Source: Octopus vulgaris
Lineage: Eukaryota
Assembly (NCBI GenBank): GCA_951406725.2
Contig: OX597814.1
Coordinates: forward strand, 78,678,001 to 78,742,000
Direction of reading: 5' to 3'
Length of the DNA stretch: 64,000 nt
Shown: positions 27,085 through 40,469 of the stretch, piece after piece
Layout: every line of letters begins with the position of its first letter
Numbering within the stretch: the first letter of the stretch is position 1
Program-made: the position numbers and the translations under genes
Notes under the pieces: generated by a model
What the model was told of the DNA's origin: nothing
Seen by the model: only the letters and a program-made list of their open reading frames with translations
The model's database searches: none

Positions 27085-27485
27085 ATTGATGAAATAAGTA
27101 CCAACTGAGCACTAGGGGTGATATAATCGACTAGACTCCACCCCTCACCCTGCAAATTTCATACCTTGTGTCTATAGTAGAGAGAGTTATTTCTCATATC
27201 TCATTTTAGATTTACTTATTTCTTAACAGTCTAGCTTAGAGAAGAGAGGTAAACCAAATCAATACCTTAAGTACACAGAAGCAAACCAGTAAGCAACTGC
27301 CACTCACACTCAAGGCAGCAGTATTTTGTCTGCTACTATGATCTGAGTTCAAATTCCACTGAGGTCAACTTTGCCTTTCATCCTTTTGGGGCTGATAAAT
27401 TGAGCACCAGTTATGTACTGGCATTGATCTAACTGACTGGCTCCCTCCCCCCAAATTTCAGGCCTTGTATCTATAGTAGAAGGAA
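27085..27485 (+). mobile_element. Two family B SINE fragments
   Basis: GAGTTCAAATTCCACTGAGGTCAACTTTGCCTTTCATCC and two CCTTGT..CTATAGTAGA tails. Confidence 0.75.
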
Positions 27486-28559
27486 TCACTCATACACACA
27501 CATTCATACACACATGCACACACACTCACTCTATCTCCCTCTCTTTTCTCTCTCACTTTCAACTAGTTTGACAAAAGGTCATGAAGTGCAAGACCAGTAA
27601 TCAACAGTTGAAGGCAACTACTTATTTATTCATTCATTCATTCAATCACAACTCTTCACCCATTTCAATTCCTGTCTTAAGTCTCTAAATGAGGCAGCTC
27701 CATAGCTTAATCCAGTATTTTTAAGTTAACAGCTCCTCTCCCCCTCCTCCCTCTCTGTCTCTCTGTCCTTCCCTATTTTTCTCTATGGCTCTCCCTTCTT
27801 CTCACCAAAATGTGTCAGTGGAAAACAAGAACATCTTTAAAATCATCTAATCAAATACTTTCTACTTCTGCCAAACTGGAAAATGAGTGACTGACTGACT
27901 ATACTGCTCTCCAACCTCCAACCACAAAAATAAAAGAATACATGAAATAAAATAATAAACAAACAAACAATACAAATATGGAAAAAAACAAAAGAAAAAC
28001 TGTAAGGCATTCAATATTCCCTGTTACCACTACCACTGCCACCACCGCCACCATACTGCCACCGCAGCACATTTCCTTGCAAAAAATCTAGCAATCAAAA
28101 TCAAGAAAAACAGCTTGAAAACAAAAGTGACAAAAAAATGTACCACCTCACTGACACTGGCACTAGCAAAAAAAAAAAAAAAACCCCAAAAAACAGAAAC
28201 AAACTAGAAATACTTTACAAAACAAATAAAATAAATCTCATAAAGAAACAGAATAATGACAAAAACCAATAGATAATTAAGCTTGACACTTAATCTGTTT
28301 GTTGAAGCTAGAGTGTTAAGAAGTATCAATGTTAATTGTGACACAACAACGATGATGATGATGATGAAGAGGGTGCTGGTGTTGGTGATAATGGGTTGGT
28401 GATGGTGATGAAGGATGGGGTGATGATGTGTTGGTAATGGTGCAGAGGATGGTTTTTGTAGTTGTTATTGTTGAACCCAGTGTCAATCCTGATTGAGCAG
28501 ATCCCTGATCGAAAGCATCATGCTTGTGATGATTCCCCAAAGAATCCATCCTCCACCCA

Positions 28560-28898
28560 CCTACTTTGGGTCACAAATAATGGCCATGGGATTGCACCTA
28601 GAAAGTTCCCCTCCAAGGCACAAGTCTGTGCAAGGTTGTTTTGTGGGAGACCAGCCAGTTGCCCATGCATACCAGCCTCCCCTCTCCATGCCAGTGATGT
28701 TGTCCAAGGGAACAGCAAAAGCCAATACAGCTTGGCACCAGTGACACCACAACTCATTTCTACAGCTGAGTGAACTGGAGCAATGTGAAATAAAGTATCT
28801 TGCTCAAGAACACAACACACAGCCTAGTCCAGAAATTGAACTCACAACCTCACGATTGTAAGCCCGACACTCTAACCACTGAGCCATGTGCCTTCACT
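28560..28898 (-). mobile_element. tRNA-derived SINE with family D head and a different 3' body
   Basis: GGCACATGGCTCAGTGGTTAGAG...GAGTTCAATTTC...TTGAGCAAGATACTTTATTTCACATTGCTCCAG shared with 15818-16143; downstream sequence differs. Confidence 0.75.
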
Positions 28899-29247
28899 GT
28901 GAAGCATCTTGCTGTCTTATCCCTGTCTTATTCAACACTACCACCCCTCACACACATACATGTATGGGTAAGGTGGTGTGTATCCACTCCAAGATTGAAC
29001 TGCATTATGCATTGCATTCTTTTCTGAGATGTAAAAGTGAAATGTGAGAGAAATCTGATTGCTACTTCTAGTAGGCAGAGCAACCACTTCTATTTGCTTC
29101 AATCATTGGATGTTGGCCATGCTCAGTATTGCCTTGAAGGATTTCACTTAGTACTTCTTGACCATTTTTCCCCTATGGACCCCCTTTGGTTCATATTTTA
29201 CTCTGTTGGATTCCCTTAGCCATTTGAAGTTTAAAAAATCCCATATT

Positions 29248-29637
29248 CTTTTACTTGTTTCAGTCAATTGACAGCCATGCTGAAGCACCACCCTAAAGGG
29301 TTATAGTTGAAGAAATTGACACTCAGGACTTATTCTTTGTAAGCTTAAAACTTATTTTATTGGTCTCTTTTGCTGAACTGCTAAGTTCTGGGAACATAAA
29401 CACACCAGCATCAGTTGTCAAGTGATGGCTGGGGGACAAACAGACATGCACACAAATATATACAGATATAGATGACAGGTTTCTTTCAGTTTCCATCTAC
29501 CAAATTTACTCACAAGGCTTTGGTTGGCCTGAGGCTATAGTAGAAGACACTTGCCCAAGGTGTTACACAGTGGGGCTGAACCCAGAACCATGTGGCTGGA
29601 AAGCTAGCTTCTTACCATACAGCCACATCTGTGTCTA
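29248..29637 (-). mobile_element. Family A SINE, full length
   Basis: Complete match to 23897-24296. Confidence 0.9.
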
Positions 29638-30008
29638 TATCTAATTATAAATTAAATAGTGTTAGGAATTGTATAAAAAAATTGTTAAAATATTTTGTGT
29701 ATTGTAGAAATATAACCAATTTATTGCACATTAAGTTTTAACAACAAAATCTTATGTGAACTCTAAGGATCGTATGGACCCTAGTTGAGAACTACTGGTT
29801 TAAGCTGAACAAATCTGACCCCAGTTTTAGTTTTAAGGTACATCTTACAGATGCTCTGAGATGCATCGTCAGTGATGTTTCTGGGGTCTCAAGGGGTTTG
29901 AACATCAGTCCCCACCCCCTTAACCCAATTGATCCAGCTGAAGTTGAATCAATCACAGTACTTTTTTTTTTTTAAAGTCTAGCACATATTTCACCAGTTT
30001 CTTTCATC

Positions 30009-30770
30009 AAAACATGACCTGTATGTTTCAGTTTTCTTTCAGCACTATCTCCTATAAACTGCATAAATTTGCTCCTCTCAGGATTTCAGAGTTTGTGATT
30101 CTGTCCCTGTACGTGAGGTTGAGTATTCTGTACCATTGTCTTGCCAACAACTGTCTGTGCAGGAGAAACTTGAAAAATGACTGCCGAGTTCACTCAGAGT
30201 TTGAATGCCTTCCAATAATACATCACCTACAGGGACAGAATCACAAACTCTGAACTCCTGAGAGGAACTAATCTATGTAGTTTACAGGAGATAGTTACTG
30301 AAAGAATACTGAAACATACAGGTCATGTTTTCTAACTGCCAGAAGAGTGACTCCTTAAGACAGCTTTACAATGGGTACCACCAGACAGCTAAAGAAAGAG
30401 AGGGAGACCCGAAAAGTCATGGTACACCTTCACAAAAGATCTGAAGCAACTTAGCATTCTTAGGAAGATGCAGGTGACTATGCTCAATACTCAGGATTAT
30501 TGAAGACATTTTTGCTGTTGTCTGATGTACTGGCCAACTGTGCAGAAGGACACTTGCAAGTCATGTTTTTCAACTGCCAGCAAAGTAAAAACCCAAAACA
30601 GCTGTACAATGGGTACCACCAGAAAGACAAATAAAGAAGGAGGAGCCCAAAAGACATGGCACACCACCGTCGTAAAAGATCTGAAGCAACTTAGCATCAC
30701 CTGGAAAGATGCAGGTGACTGGAGATATCTTGCTACCCAATGCACAGGCCAACAGTATGCGAAGGATAAA
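30009..30770 (+). mobile_element. RTE-like LINE 3'-end fragments, one inverted and two direct copies
   Basis: 30221 onward reads TYRDRITNSELLRGTNLCSLQEIVTERILKHTGHVF..ALQWVPP..RKRGRP, a typical RTE C-terminus; inverted copy at 30009-30160, direct copy at 30560-30760. Confidence 0.75.
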
Positions 30771-31325
30771 GAATTAAGTTATTGGATTGAGGCCATGCTG
30801 GGGTATTATCTTGATCATATTGACACCAGTACCTAAGATGAACTAGCAATTGCTTCATTGGTCTATATTTGATTGAGAAGTGAAGTTATTTTTATTGACA
30901 TCAAGGTATAGATACTTTCAAAATCACAAACATTTATGCACACACACACACACACACACACATACATACATATTTATTATGACTTTTGCACTCTTTCCAT
31001 CTAACGAATTTCGCTAGCAAGGTATTGATCAACTTGAATCTTCAGTCAAAGAATGGTGCCAAGCAGTGAGATCAAACTCAGATCGACATGGCTGCAAAGC
31101 AAAACTTCATAACCACACAACCATACTTGCACCCATACATATGGGATTATTATCATCACATGATTTAATAGTATATTTATCATGAGCAGTAGCATTAAAA
31201 CTCAAGACAAAAATTCAATCTGTTGGAGCCTAATGCAAAACATAAAGGTGACTAAAGATAAGGAGTGAAGTGAGAAAGATTTACAAACATTTCAGCACTT
31301 CAATCTAACAAATGATAAACAAAGA

Positions 31326-31327
<2 letters not shown>

Positions 31328-31394
<67 letters not shown>

Positions 31395-31400
31395 AATAAT
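31328..31400. repeat. (AAT)n microsatellite
   Basis: About 20 units; similar tracts at 10560-10633, 43910-43972 and 61475-61512. Confidence 0.95.
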
Positions 31401-32688
31401 AGTGTATATCACAAACCATGAATAATAAAAACAAAAACAATATGTGACTAATCAATAAGTTGGCAAATCTTAGATATTACAATCTCTGGAAGACACACAA
31501 ATGTATTTAAATAGTCACACAAATGTAAACACATACACATGCACATTTAAAGAAATATGCACACAAAGCATTTGTATATTTTATACATTACATAAAAGGT
31601 TTGGTAGTACAAACAGGATAGATAAAGCACAAAACATGACTGTGTGTGTATGTGTAAGTGTGTGTGTGTACACACACGTGTATATGTATATACACATACT
31701 CATATATATCATACTGGCAGAAATTGCAAAGTGGCTTGAGGCCTGAGAGTTTCACTTGATAAATGTTAGACATTTGAGTCCTTTTGCAACATCTACCAAT
31801 TAAAACATGTGTGTGTGTATGAGCATGAGTGAGTGTACACACACACACAGATATATCAGCTTATGCTTATATTTATACACATATGCATATGGACAGATAG
31901 AAAGAGAAGGAGAGAAAGAGAGAGAGAAAGGAAGGAGAGAGGGGAGAGAGAGAGGGAGGCAGACAGAATAGATATGAATATTATGAATATATATTTGTGC
32001 ACTTATGAAAAATCATTTTTGAACTGGTATACAGTAAAGAATACAATTTTTAGAGTTTTGGAAAATTAAATTAAGAATTTTATCTTCTATTTCTTCTTTT
32101 TTTTTATTGATTGCAGAATAAATCCTGAGAAAAAAAGAGAAACAAAATAAAGCACAAATTGGACAAATATGACCAGGAAGCAAGAATCTCAACTGACCAT
32201 CAACATCATGGCTTAACAATGGTGGGATATTTGATGTAACGTGAAAGCACATGGCTTAGTAGTTGAGATATTTGGTTTAAGATCGTAGGAATGTGAGTTC
32301 AATTCCAGACAGGATGTTGTACCCTTGAGCAAGACACCTTATTTCATGTTGCTCCAGTCCACATGTCTATGGAGCACTCAGCCACTAGTACATTATTTTC
32401 AGAAGCAAGCTGCTCTATTGATTGGATCAACCAAACACTCATCATCATAACCAACAGAATGCCAGTCATTTGATGTAACAGAACCAAATGTCATCCAAAG
32501 GGCAATTATAAGCTCAAAATCTTTAACTCAATTATACATGCCTGTGGAGTGCTCAGCCACTTGCATGTAAATTTTACAAGTAGGTAAAATCCAGGCTACA
32601 GATGTTTTCTAGCTAGCAGAACCAGAAGTAGTAATTGCTCAATGAGGGGTACTCCACTAACTACTCATCAGGTTAAAGATAGCTTAGT

Positions 32689-32728
<40 letters not shown>

Positions 32729-32807
32729 TAAATAAAATAAAACATATGCATATATATAAACATATATGTACGTACCTGCCTCTACATGTACATATACACG
32801 CATATAT

Positions 32808-33082
32808 GAGTACAGGACACCAAAAGGACGTCGAACACAATGAGAAACGAAAACATAGATACAAACCAAAGGAACTGGATATTTTTTTAAACAACAAAAA
32901 AATAGAGTACAGGATAATTAACACAAAGAAAAAACCCCTTCTTCAGTCGCTATGGTTTCATCTACTCTACGTTTCGAAGGATAAAAGCGAGACGTATCTT
33001 CGACAAGAAACTTTCCTTCCTGCAAAAAGCAAATCAATTAAAATTCTGAGATCTTTTTGCAGAGGGCTAAAAAATGGTATAC
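32808..33082 (-). mobile_element. Probable Penelope-like terminal fragment
   Basis: CpG-rich insert next to (TA)n with CTTCTTCAG and ACGTTTCG motifs, which I associate with Penelope-like ends; no coding homology seen. Confidence 0.4.
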
Positions 33083-33149
33083 ATAAGTAAATAAATGGAG
33101 CTGAATGCAGTTGAATAGCATCTGCATTCAACTCCATTTATTTACTTAT
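33083..33149. repeat. 67-bp hairpin
   Basis: ATAAGTAAATAAATGGAGCTGAATGCAG / CTGCATTCAACTCCATTTATTTACTTAT; 27 of 28 positions pair; 11-nt loop. Confidence 0.9.
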
Positions 33150-34849
33150 ACTATACAAATTACTGCACATTAATTAACCTGGAGTTTCTACCTTTGAATA
33201 GGTCACTACATACTTATTACTTGCATGAATTTTGCTACCCTGGTAACTGTTTATTGAATAACTGTAAACAAAGGATAACTCATTCATCCATTTATATATA
33301 TATATATATACACATGCACATATATAAAATACATACCTGTAGATATATGTATGTATGTATATGTAACCAATTAGAAATAGTGTGAGGATATGATTATGAC
33401 ATCCCAGTACTGTTAAAAAGACTGGAAATATTTTACTCCCTTCAATTCTAATGTATTTAGAATTGCTACTGTTAATTGATATGCATATGTCTTCTTATCT
33501 TATTGATTTTTTAAATGTTTTTGATATAAACCAACCAGGAACCACCTAGCTCTGTGATACAATTTTCCTTTATTCAAAAGGTGCATAATAAACTTTCAAT
33601 CAAGATTTTATCATTATATATTTAGAAGGCAGCTAAACAATGTCTAAGTTATTTTACTGAATTCATTATATTCTAAATTTATTGAAAGCTAGACAGTATA
33701 TTTCAATGGAAATCTGAGAACAAAACAGTTAAACTAATCTACATATTTGTCTGGTTTTAACTAATTTACATACAAATATATAACTACATTGTTCTTTCTT
33801 CACACTCTCTAATTGGAATTTGTGTATTGTTTGAATTAGAAAATATGGTGTTGATTTTGTTACCCCACGAATCTCCAGATTCGTTGTCAATAATGTAAAT
33901 ATTTTCTGAGTTACTGTCATCATCATTGTCATTGTCATCAGAAGGTGGATGTAGTCAGAGAGAGCATATGGCTTATCGTTTCTTACAAAGAAAATATATT
34001 CTGTTGCTCCTGATCCAATCTACATGACAACTTAAATTATGCCACATAAGGAAATTATAGTTTCCAAAGAAATGTGTACCTGATGCAGATTGAAACCAAA
34101 TAATGCAACTGGATTTGCTCCTGTGCTGGAGACATTTTGTGTTATTTGTAACATAGAAACAAAACTGATTATAAAATAGAAATAGAAGCAGAGTGAGAAA
34201 GGAAAACTCAACGAGGAAGGAAAGCTGAAAATGAAAAAAACCTTAAGGAAGGAAGAGATAACATGTAAAAGTTTATGAAGGTGCAAGCTCATTGTGGAGC
34301 ATAACTGTGTCAGCTCATTGTGGAGTGTACCTGTGTCAGTGTCTGTGTCAGACACTGCTTACAACAAAATACAAATTGTATAAAAAGTAGTGCTTTGAGT
34401 GGCTTCGAGATGCCACAAAATGTCAGCTGAAGACAATCTGCATCATGCATTATGGAACCAGTAGTATTTTCTGGCTTTACTATATCTAGTTTAGTTTAGT
34501 GCCACAACAGGCACTGAGACACCAACAAAAGAAGATAAGGAAAGAAGAGAAACAGAAGAAGAAAGAGATAAAACAAGAAATGCTGAAAGAAGAGGAAATA
34601 ATTATAGGGGTAAAACAGACTCACAAGAAAAAAAAAAAAACAATTGTTCTCTACATATGAGCAAAACCTATGGAAAATCCAAGGGTTATTGAGAAGTGAA
34701 AATTGTAGATGTCTTGTTACTGAAAGGATAGTGACAACAGTGAATGGCAGGCAAGATAGATAGAGAAGGAGAGATGAAGGCGGAAGTTGTGACATGTTAA
34801 TTGAGGGAAAAACTGAAAGAGAAGAGAAAAAAGAACAAACAAAAAAAGA

Positions 34850-36140
34850 AACCCTGAGGAATAAACATTATCACCACTGCCACCACCAGTAAATGTAAGA
34901 GAGGTACTTAACCAAAAGTAAACTACTGTATTTGGCATTCATTGACTTGGAGAAAGCCTTTGATAAAGTCCTGCACTCCCTCATATCCTGGAGACTGCAG
35001 AAGCTAGATGTAAATAAATGACTGGTGACAGCCATTCAAGTTATGTATAGGAGTGCTGTCAGTAAGGTGAGAATTGGCAATGAGTACAGCTAAAGATTTA
35101 GTGTGCATGTAGGGGTTCACCACAGCTCATATTTCAGTCCCCTCCTTTTTATCAGAGACCTTCAGGCTATAACAGGGAAGTGTAAGACTGAGTGCTCATG
35201 AAAAATCCTCTATGTTGATGACCCTGTTCTTATAGTTGAAATTTTAATAGGATTAGAAAAGAAATTCCTAATGTGGAAGTAAAACCTGGAATCAAAGGGC
35301 CTCAGTGTTAACTTAGCAAAGACTAAAGTTTTAATAAGCAGGAAAACAGACAGAATGTTATCAGGAAAATGGTAGTGCTTTTTATGTAGAAAAGAGGTAA
35401 GTAGAAATTCCATACAGTGTACCCAGAGCAAACTATGAACATATAAGAAGTGCAGTGGAATCACAGGAAAGTCAATAGAAAGAGTAAACTTTGTCTGTGG
35501 CAAATGTACAGGAGAAATTAAAACTAAGAAATACCCAGGTTTGCTAGAAGTAAGAAATAGTTTCTGTTACCTATTTGACCTAATTACCAGTGGAGGGAGG
35601 ATGTTTTGAAAGCATAGTAATTAGAATAAGATCTGTATAAAGGAACTTCAGAGAGCAATTACCTCTGTTGGAAACAAAAGGTTGGTCTCTATCACTTTCA
35701 GAGTGAAAGGCAGATCATATGGTAGTAGTGTATGAAAAGCAATACTATCTGGTGGCATGGAATTATGGGCCCATATGCAGAGGATATGTGAAAACTAGAA
35801 TGGATGAAGCTACCATGTTCCACTAGATGTGCAATGTCAGTATACATAATATGACAAGGTGCAAATGTATTGAAAAAAAAAAAACTGGGCATAAGAGGTA
35901 GCAGATGTAGTGTATAAGACTATGCTGCTATGGTTATATGAAGCATATGGGGGGGGGGCAGCTGCATAAAAAGATGCTGATTGCTAAATATGGATGGGAT
36001 CTGTGGAAGGAGGAGACCCAGGATAACATGGGATAATGAAGTAAAGATCAACCTCACAATTTTGATTCTCAAAGGAAAGACGTAAAGGACCAAGATGACT
36101 GGCAATTTGCTATACTTCAGAAGACCAGTCCATCTCAGCA
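34850..36140 (+). mobile_element. RTE-clade LINE reverse-transcriptase remnant
   Basis: LYLAFIDLEKAFDKV, VGVHHSSYFSPLLFI, LYVDD (YADD position), GLSVNLAKTKVL, NSFCYL, GRRRPRITW, with many stops and frameshifts. Confidence 0.85.
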
Positions 36141-36535
36141 AAAATATAAGCCTTTCAGTTTGTCTGTGTCCTACATTCAAGTTGTTCCCACTGTTCATCT
36201 TCTCAACACCTATTTTTCCTTCACTCTTTTAACTACAACACTATACATTTTTTCAGCCATTGTGGCTTTATATCATAATTTCTTTAGCTGTCAGAATAAA
36301 AAAAGCTTTTTGCTCACTATGCCTGAATATATCTATAAGTCAATGTCACATGAAAACTGTTACCTTCAAACCATTTATCCCAAAAGGAATATCTACCCTG
36401 ATCAAATTAGTTATACAATAACCCTCACTTTTTCCAGCTGTCTTCTCAATTTCATGGAAGATCCAAAATGTATGCACTATCTTGAATATAGTAAATATTT
36501 CAATCTTGCCCAACAATGGCAACCCTCTAATTTAA

Positions 36536-36753
36536 CCCTTTTGATACCAACCCAGATGAAACTGCCTCTGGCTCTGTAGTATACATATCTTGTTTTCAAG
36601 TGTTCTGAATTAAAATCTTTCACCAAACCTTAGTCACAATTTATGTTCTTAATACTAGCTTAACAATAACTAAGTTTACTAAATTCTTCATTATATTTAA
36701 AATTAATTGAAAGAAACACAGAGCATCTCAACAGAAATATGGTAACAAAAGGG
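36536..36753. mobile_element. piggyBac-like MITE family 2
   Basis: TTAA-CCCTTTTGATACCA...TGGTAACAAAAGGG-TTAA. Confidence 0.85.
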
Positions 36754-36888
36754 TTAATATTTCTAAATTGACAGAAACAAGTATGAACAATTATATAAAA
36801 ATCTGTCTGCTTCTTTTTGCCCTCTGCTTTTTCCCTACTGACTATTAATATGAGTTTTGAAAAGCAAGATATATATATATATATATTT

Positions 36889-37056
36889 TATAATAATATA
36901 CATAATTACAAGGGCTTGGCTTGTGCCTCACCACGAACTGAAAAATAAACGTCAAAAGACACTATTACCACCATAAATAGCATCTTTTGACGTCTATTTT
37001 TCAGCGCATGGTGAGGCACAAGCCAAGCTCTTGTTATAATAATGTATATGATTATA
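36889..37056. repeat. Long near-perfect palindrome
   Basis: 59-bp core arms starting at 36908 and ending at 37034, 7 mismatches, 9-nt loop, plus AT-rich outer extension. Confidence 0.9.
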
Positions 37057-39289
37057 AAATATTTATAAAATTTAGCTATGAGGTTTTATTTCCGTGCTGA
37101 CCACTTGATAAAAATCATTAATGATTTTTACCCTTTATTATATATATATATATGTATACACACACACACACATGGGGGGGGGGGGGGGGTCTTAATTCCC
37201 AAACTGAAACAAAAGAACAGGACAACAAAAAGGTTACTGCACTCTGCTTGTTTTCAATAAATTATGATGTGTAAACCTCCTAGATTATTTCCTTTCTAAT
37301 GAGTTATACCAAGAACTAATTACATACATCTAAAAAAAAAGGCCTTCTTATGAGCTGTATTGCTTCTACTCTTGTCAACCATACTCTCTTAATTACCTGC
37401 CCTGTTTACTCTGGCATCCTTCTACAAGTTATAATATCCATCCATCCATTTCTCTCTCTCTGTTCTTTCATGACCTACTCTCAATCAACACTTATTCACT
37501 CTCCTCCCAGTAATGCTACCTATGTATCAGTTTGTACATAACAAAAGAAATTATGCACAAGCATCCATCTGTTTCAATGCAAAGTAATAGTCAATTACCA
37601 TTCTTGATCTACCTCTATTCTGTTTAAGATTGATTACCACCTTAAAGTACATTCTCACTCGCTTCTCATTAACCATTCTCAACACCTGAGTTGTTTCTCT
37701 TGTAACAAGAACCTTATGCATATTTAATTAGTCAAATCTATTATTTTAGTTCATTCAGTCCATCAGTTTAGGTTTGGAATGCATATCCAGCAGACCATAG
37801 TGATTTTTATTTGTCTCAAGTCTTATCAGTATTCATATTTAACTAACCTTCAACTCCAATCATACAATACAAAATGACAGTATATCTTTCCTCATTATTA
37901 CCTATTATCAAGAATGAAGAACAGCAGAAGAAGCAGGAGTGCCTGATTAAATGATTCATAATAACCTGTACTGCCTTTTTTAGTAAGAGGTATTTAGTTA
38001 CATTCTGAGTTCAAATCTGAGTAGGGTTCATTTCAGTTGTCATCCAGTAAAATATAAAGACTATATCTTTTACTCTTTACTCATTGCAGTCATTAGGTGG
38101 CAGCCATGCTGAGGCACCACTATATCTGAAGGAAAATACTCCATGGGAGCATTTAGCATATTAAATACAAATATTGTAGGGCCCAACATCTGTAACACAG
38201 TGGAGAGCAAAAACATCAATCAACTGGGATTATCCAAGTAATTATTAAACAAAAACTCACCCAATGATATCTCAAGATCCACCCCTACCAAAAGAAAAAA
38301 AAAACTTTTTCTAAATTCCAGTAAGATCAGCTGATTGACATTTTTGAACATTATAAGCAACGGAAAGTGGAGTAGAGATTGCTTTTTAAAGACAGATGGT
38401 AACAGTAACTCACATTCCTGTCTTACTAGATCTCTTTAGTGAAACAGTTGGCAAGATTAAGAGGGAAACTGCATTTTGCATACTAAACACAAACATAGTT
38501 GGGCATCACATATATTATTGTGACTGATTCAATCAAAATGAGTGCTGCCTTAGGCCAATGTAAGAAATCATTATGAATTCTTAATAAGATACAAATTATA
38601 TAAATCATTCTAGCTATTATTGTCCTCATTATAGAGCTACCAAGTGACAGATGCATGAATCAATGATAAGTAGTTGTTTATTTATTATATGGTATCAATG
38701 GTTAAGCTTTCCTCTCATTATATTAGTAACAGCTTTGCAAGAACACATGAAACCTAAAGCTTCATATTGCCATTCCCTCTAAACTCTCAATGAAGAAACC
38801 TCTTTAATAAAGTTTTTCCATTCTCTTTTTTCTTTTTTCCTTCTCAAAGATATCGATTAAATGACATTTACCACTGAGTACATTTATTTCAAGTTCAGAA
38901 TACATTTACTGGTTTATATTATTCATCATGTATGATCAGACATGTTTAGTCAGGAAAGCTTGATCAAATACTAACACTAAAAAGCAACAATATTTATAAA
39001 TGATCTTAATTCATTATTTATGCTTTGTTTTCTTAAATTAATTTCCCCTTCTCCCAGTCTTTAATAACACAATAAAAAAACTCACAAAAGAGTGTTTGGG
39101 ACATATATTGCAAAATTCTACAGTCTGAAGGAAGAGGGGAATAACTGGAACTTCTCTTAAAGAATCTTTGGGTGAGTGCAGAGGCTATACAATATTTTAG
39201 CCTATGTTCAAAAGCCGACAACTGTAACTGACAAGCAATCTTTCATTCCCTAATATATTACAACCACTAGTACTTTAACATACTGTCCT

Positions 39290-39546
39290 CACTCTTCTAT
39301 CATCTTACAACAATGATTTCTGTTCCTCTTCGCACACATAAGCTGTGTATTACCCAAACAAGTCTGATACACTTGGCTTAATTCCTTTCAGTTCTCTCAT
39401 TCTGTCTCCTTTCTCCATCAGACTTAGTTGTAAATCCAATCCGAAACACACCTCTCTGGAACACCCTCCTATTCCATTTTTTCTCTGTGGACATCAATCC
39501 ACTATGTTCAAGCTGAACATTATTGATACAAATCTCATCATCCAAG
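39290..39546 (+). mobile_element. Probable CR1/Jockey-type LINE 3'-end remnant
   Basis: RNTPLWNTL followed by frameshifted FKLNI resembles the R..xWNxLP...FK C-terminus of these clades. Confidence 0.4.
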
Positions 39547-40469
39547 GTGAGTGAAGAGTCAAAAATGATTATGGGTGATGCTTTCTTTCTCAGAATAGAC
39601 AGGAAATAAAATATTAACACTGGATGTACTTTAAAGGTTTAACTTTCTGGCTGTGACCTTACTGGAGCACCAACAATATTGCTGACACATTTAATATTTT
39701 TCTTATATGTCATAGAGAAAGAGCTGAAGGATGTGGGCTTTCTTTGTGATTTATAACAAGTTATTGCTTTATCTAGAACTTTATGCAGCTCACACTCAAC
39801 TGGTTCAACAATAATTGAGAATGGTGGTTGAGCATGTTCACAAATTCTCAACTGACCATTGACAAAAAAGACACCAAAATGGCATACAGTTTGTAGAAAC
39901 AGAATCTGGTAAGAATAGGGACTTAAAACTGTTTCCCAAACTTTGCATTTATCATGTGTGCATCATCACATTCCTGTTATAGCCATTTGAGACATGGCTT
40001 CTTGCAGGAATGATTTGGCAAAATATTTTCAAGATTTCTACAAAAGTATCTAAAATTTATATTAAACATCAATTTAAATTCTTTTGCACCTGACACAAAA
40101 GTGCTGGAAAAAATTAACTGTCTTACAAAAAAAATCTTGCCTGAACTGATACTTTATGTGATGAGTTTGTTATGTCACCTGTCTTGATGTTTATAGGTTT
40201 CCAAAGCAATTACTTAATGAAGAATTAGGTCTCAATAAGTGTCTCTGGCACATGCCAAAAAGGAGATTTCACACACACACACACACACACAAACACACAT
40301 GCACACACACATACATGTATATCACACACATATATAGACAAATATCATGTGTGTCTATATATATATATATATATATGATCATATGCACTGAGTGTAGTAA
40401 AAACACCTTTGGAATGATTTCTTTGAAACGTCTGGAAGGTACTCTAGATATAGATGATGGCTTCCATTA

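Noticed and set aside
39422-39546. Strong splice pair (pyrimidine tract-CAG ... AAG|GTGAGT) around 125 nt
   Set aside because: Sequence resembles a LINE C-terminus; at most a cryptic TE-derived exon, and no expression data are available.
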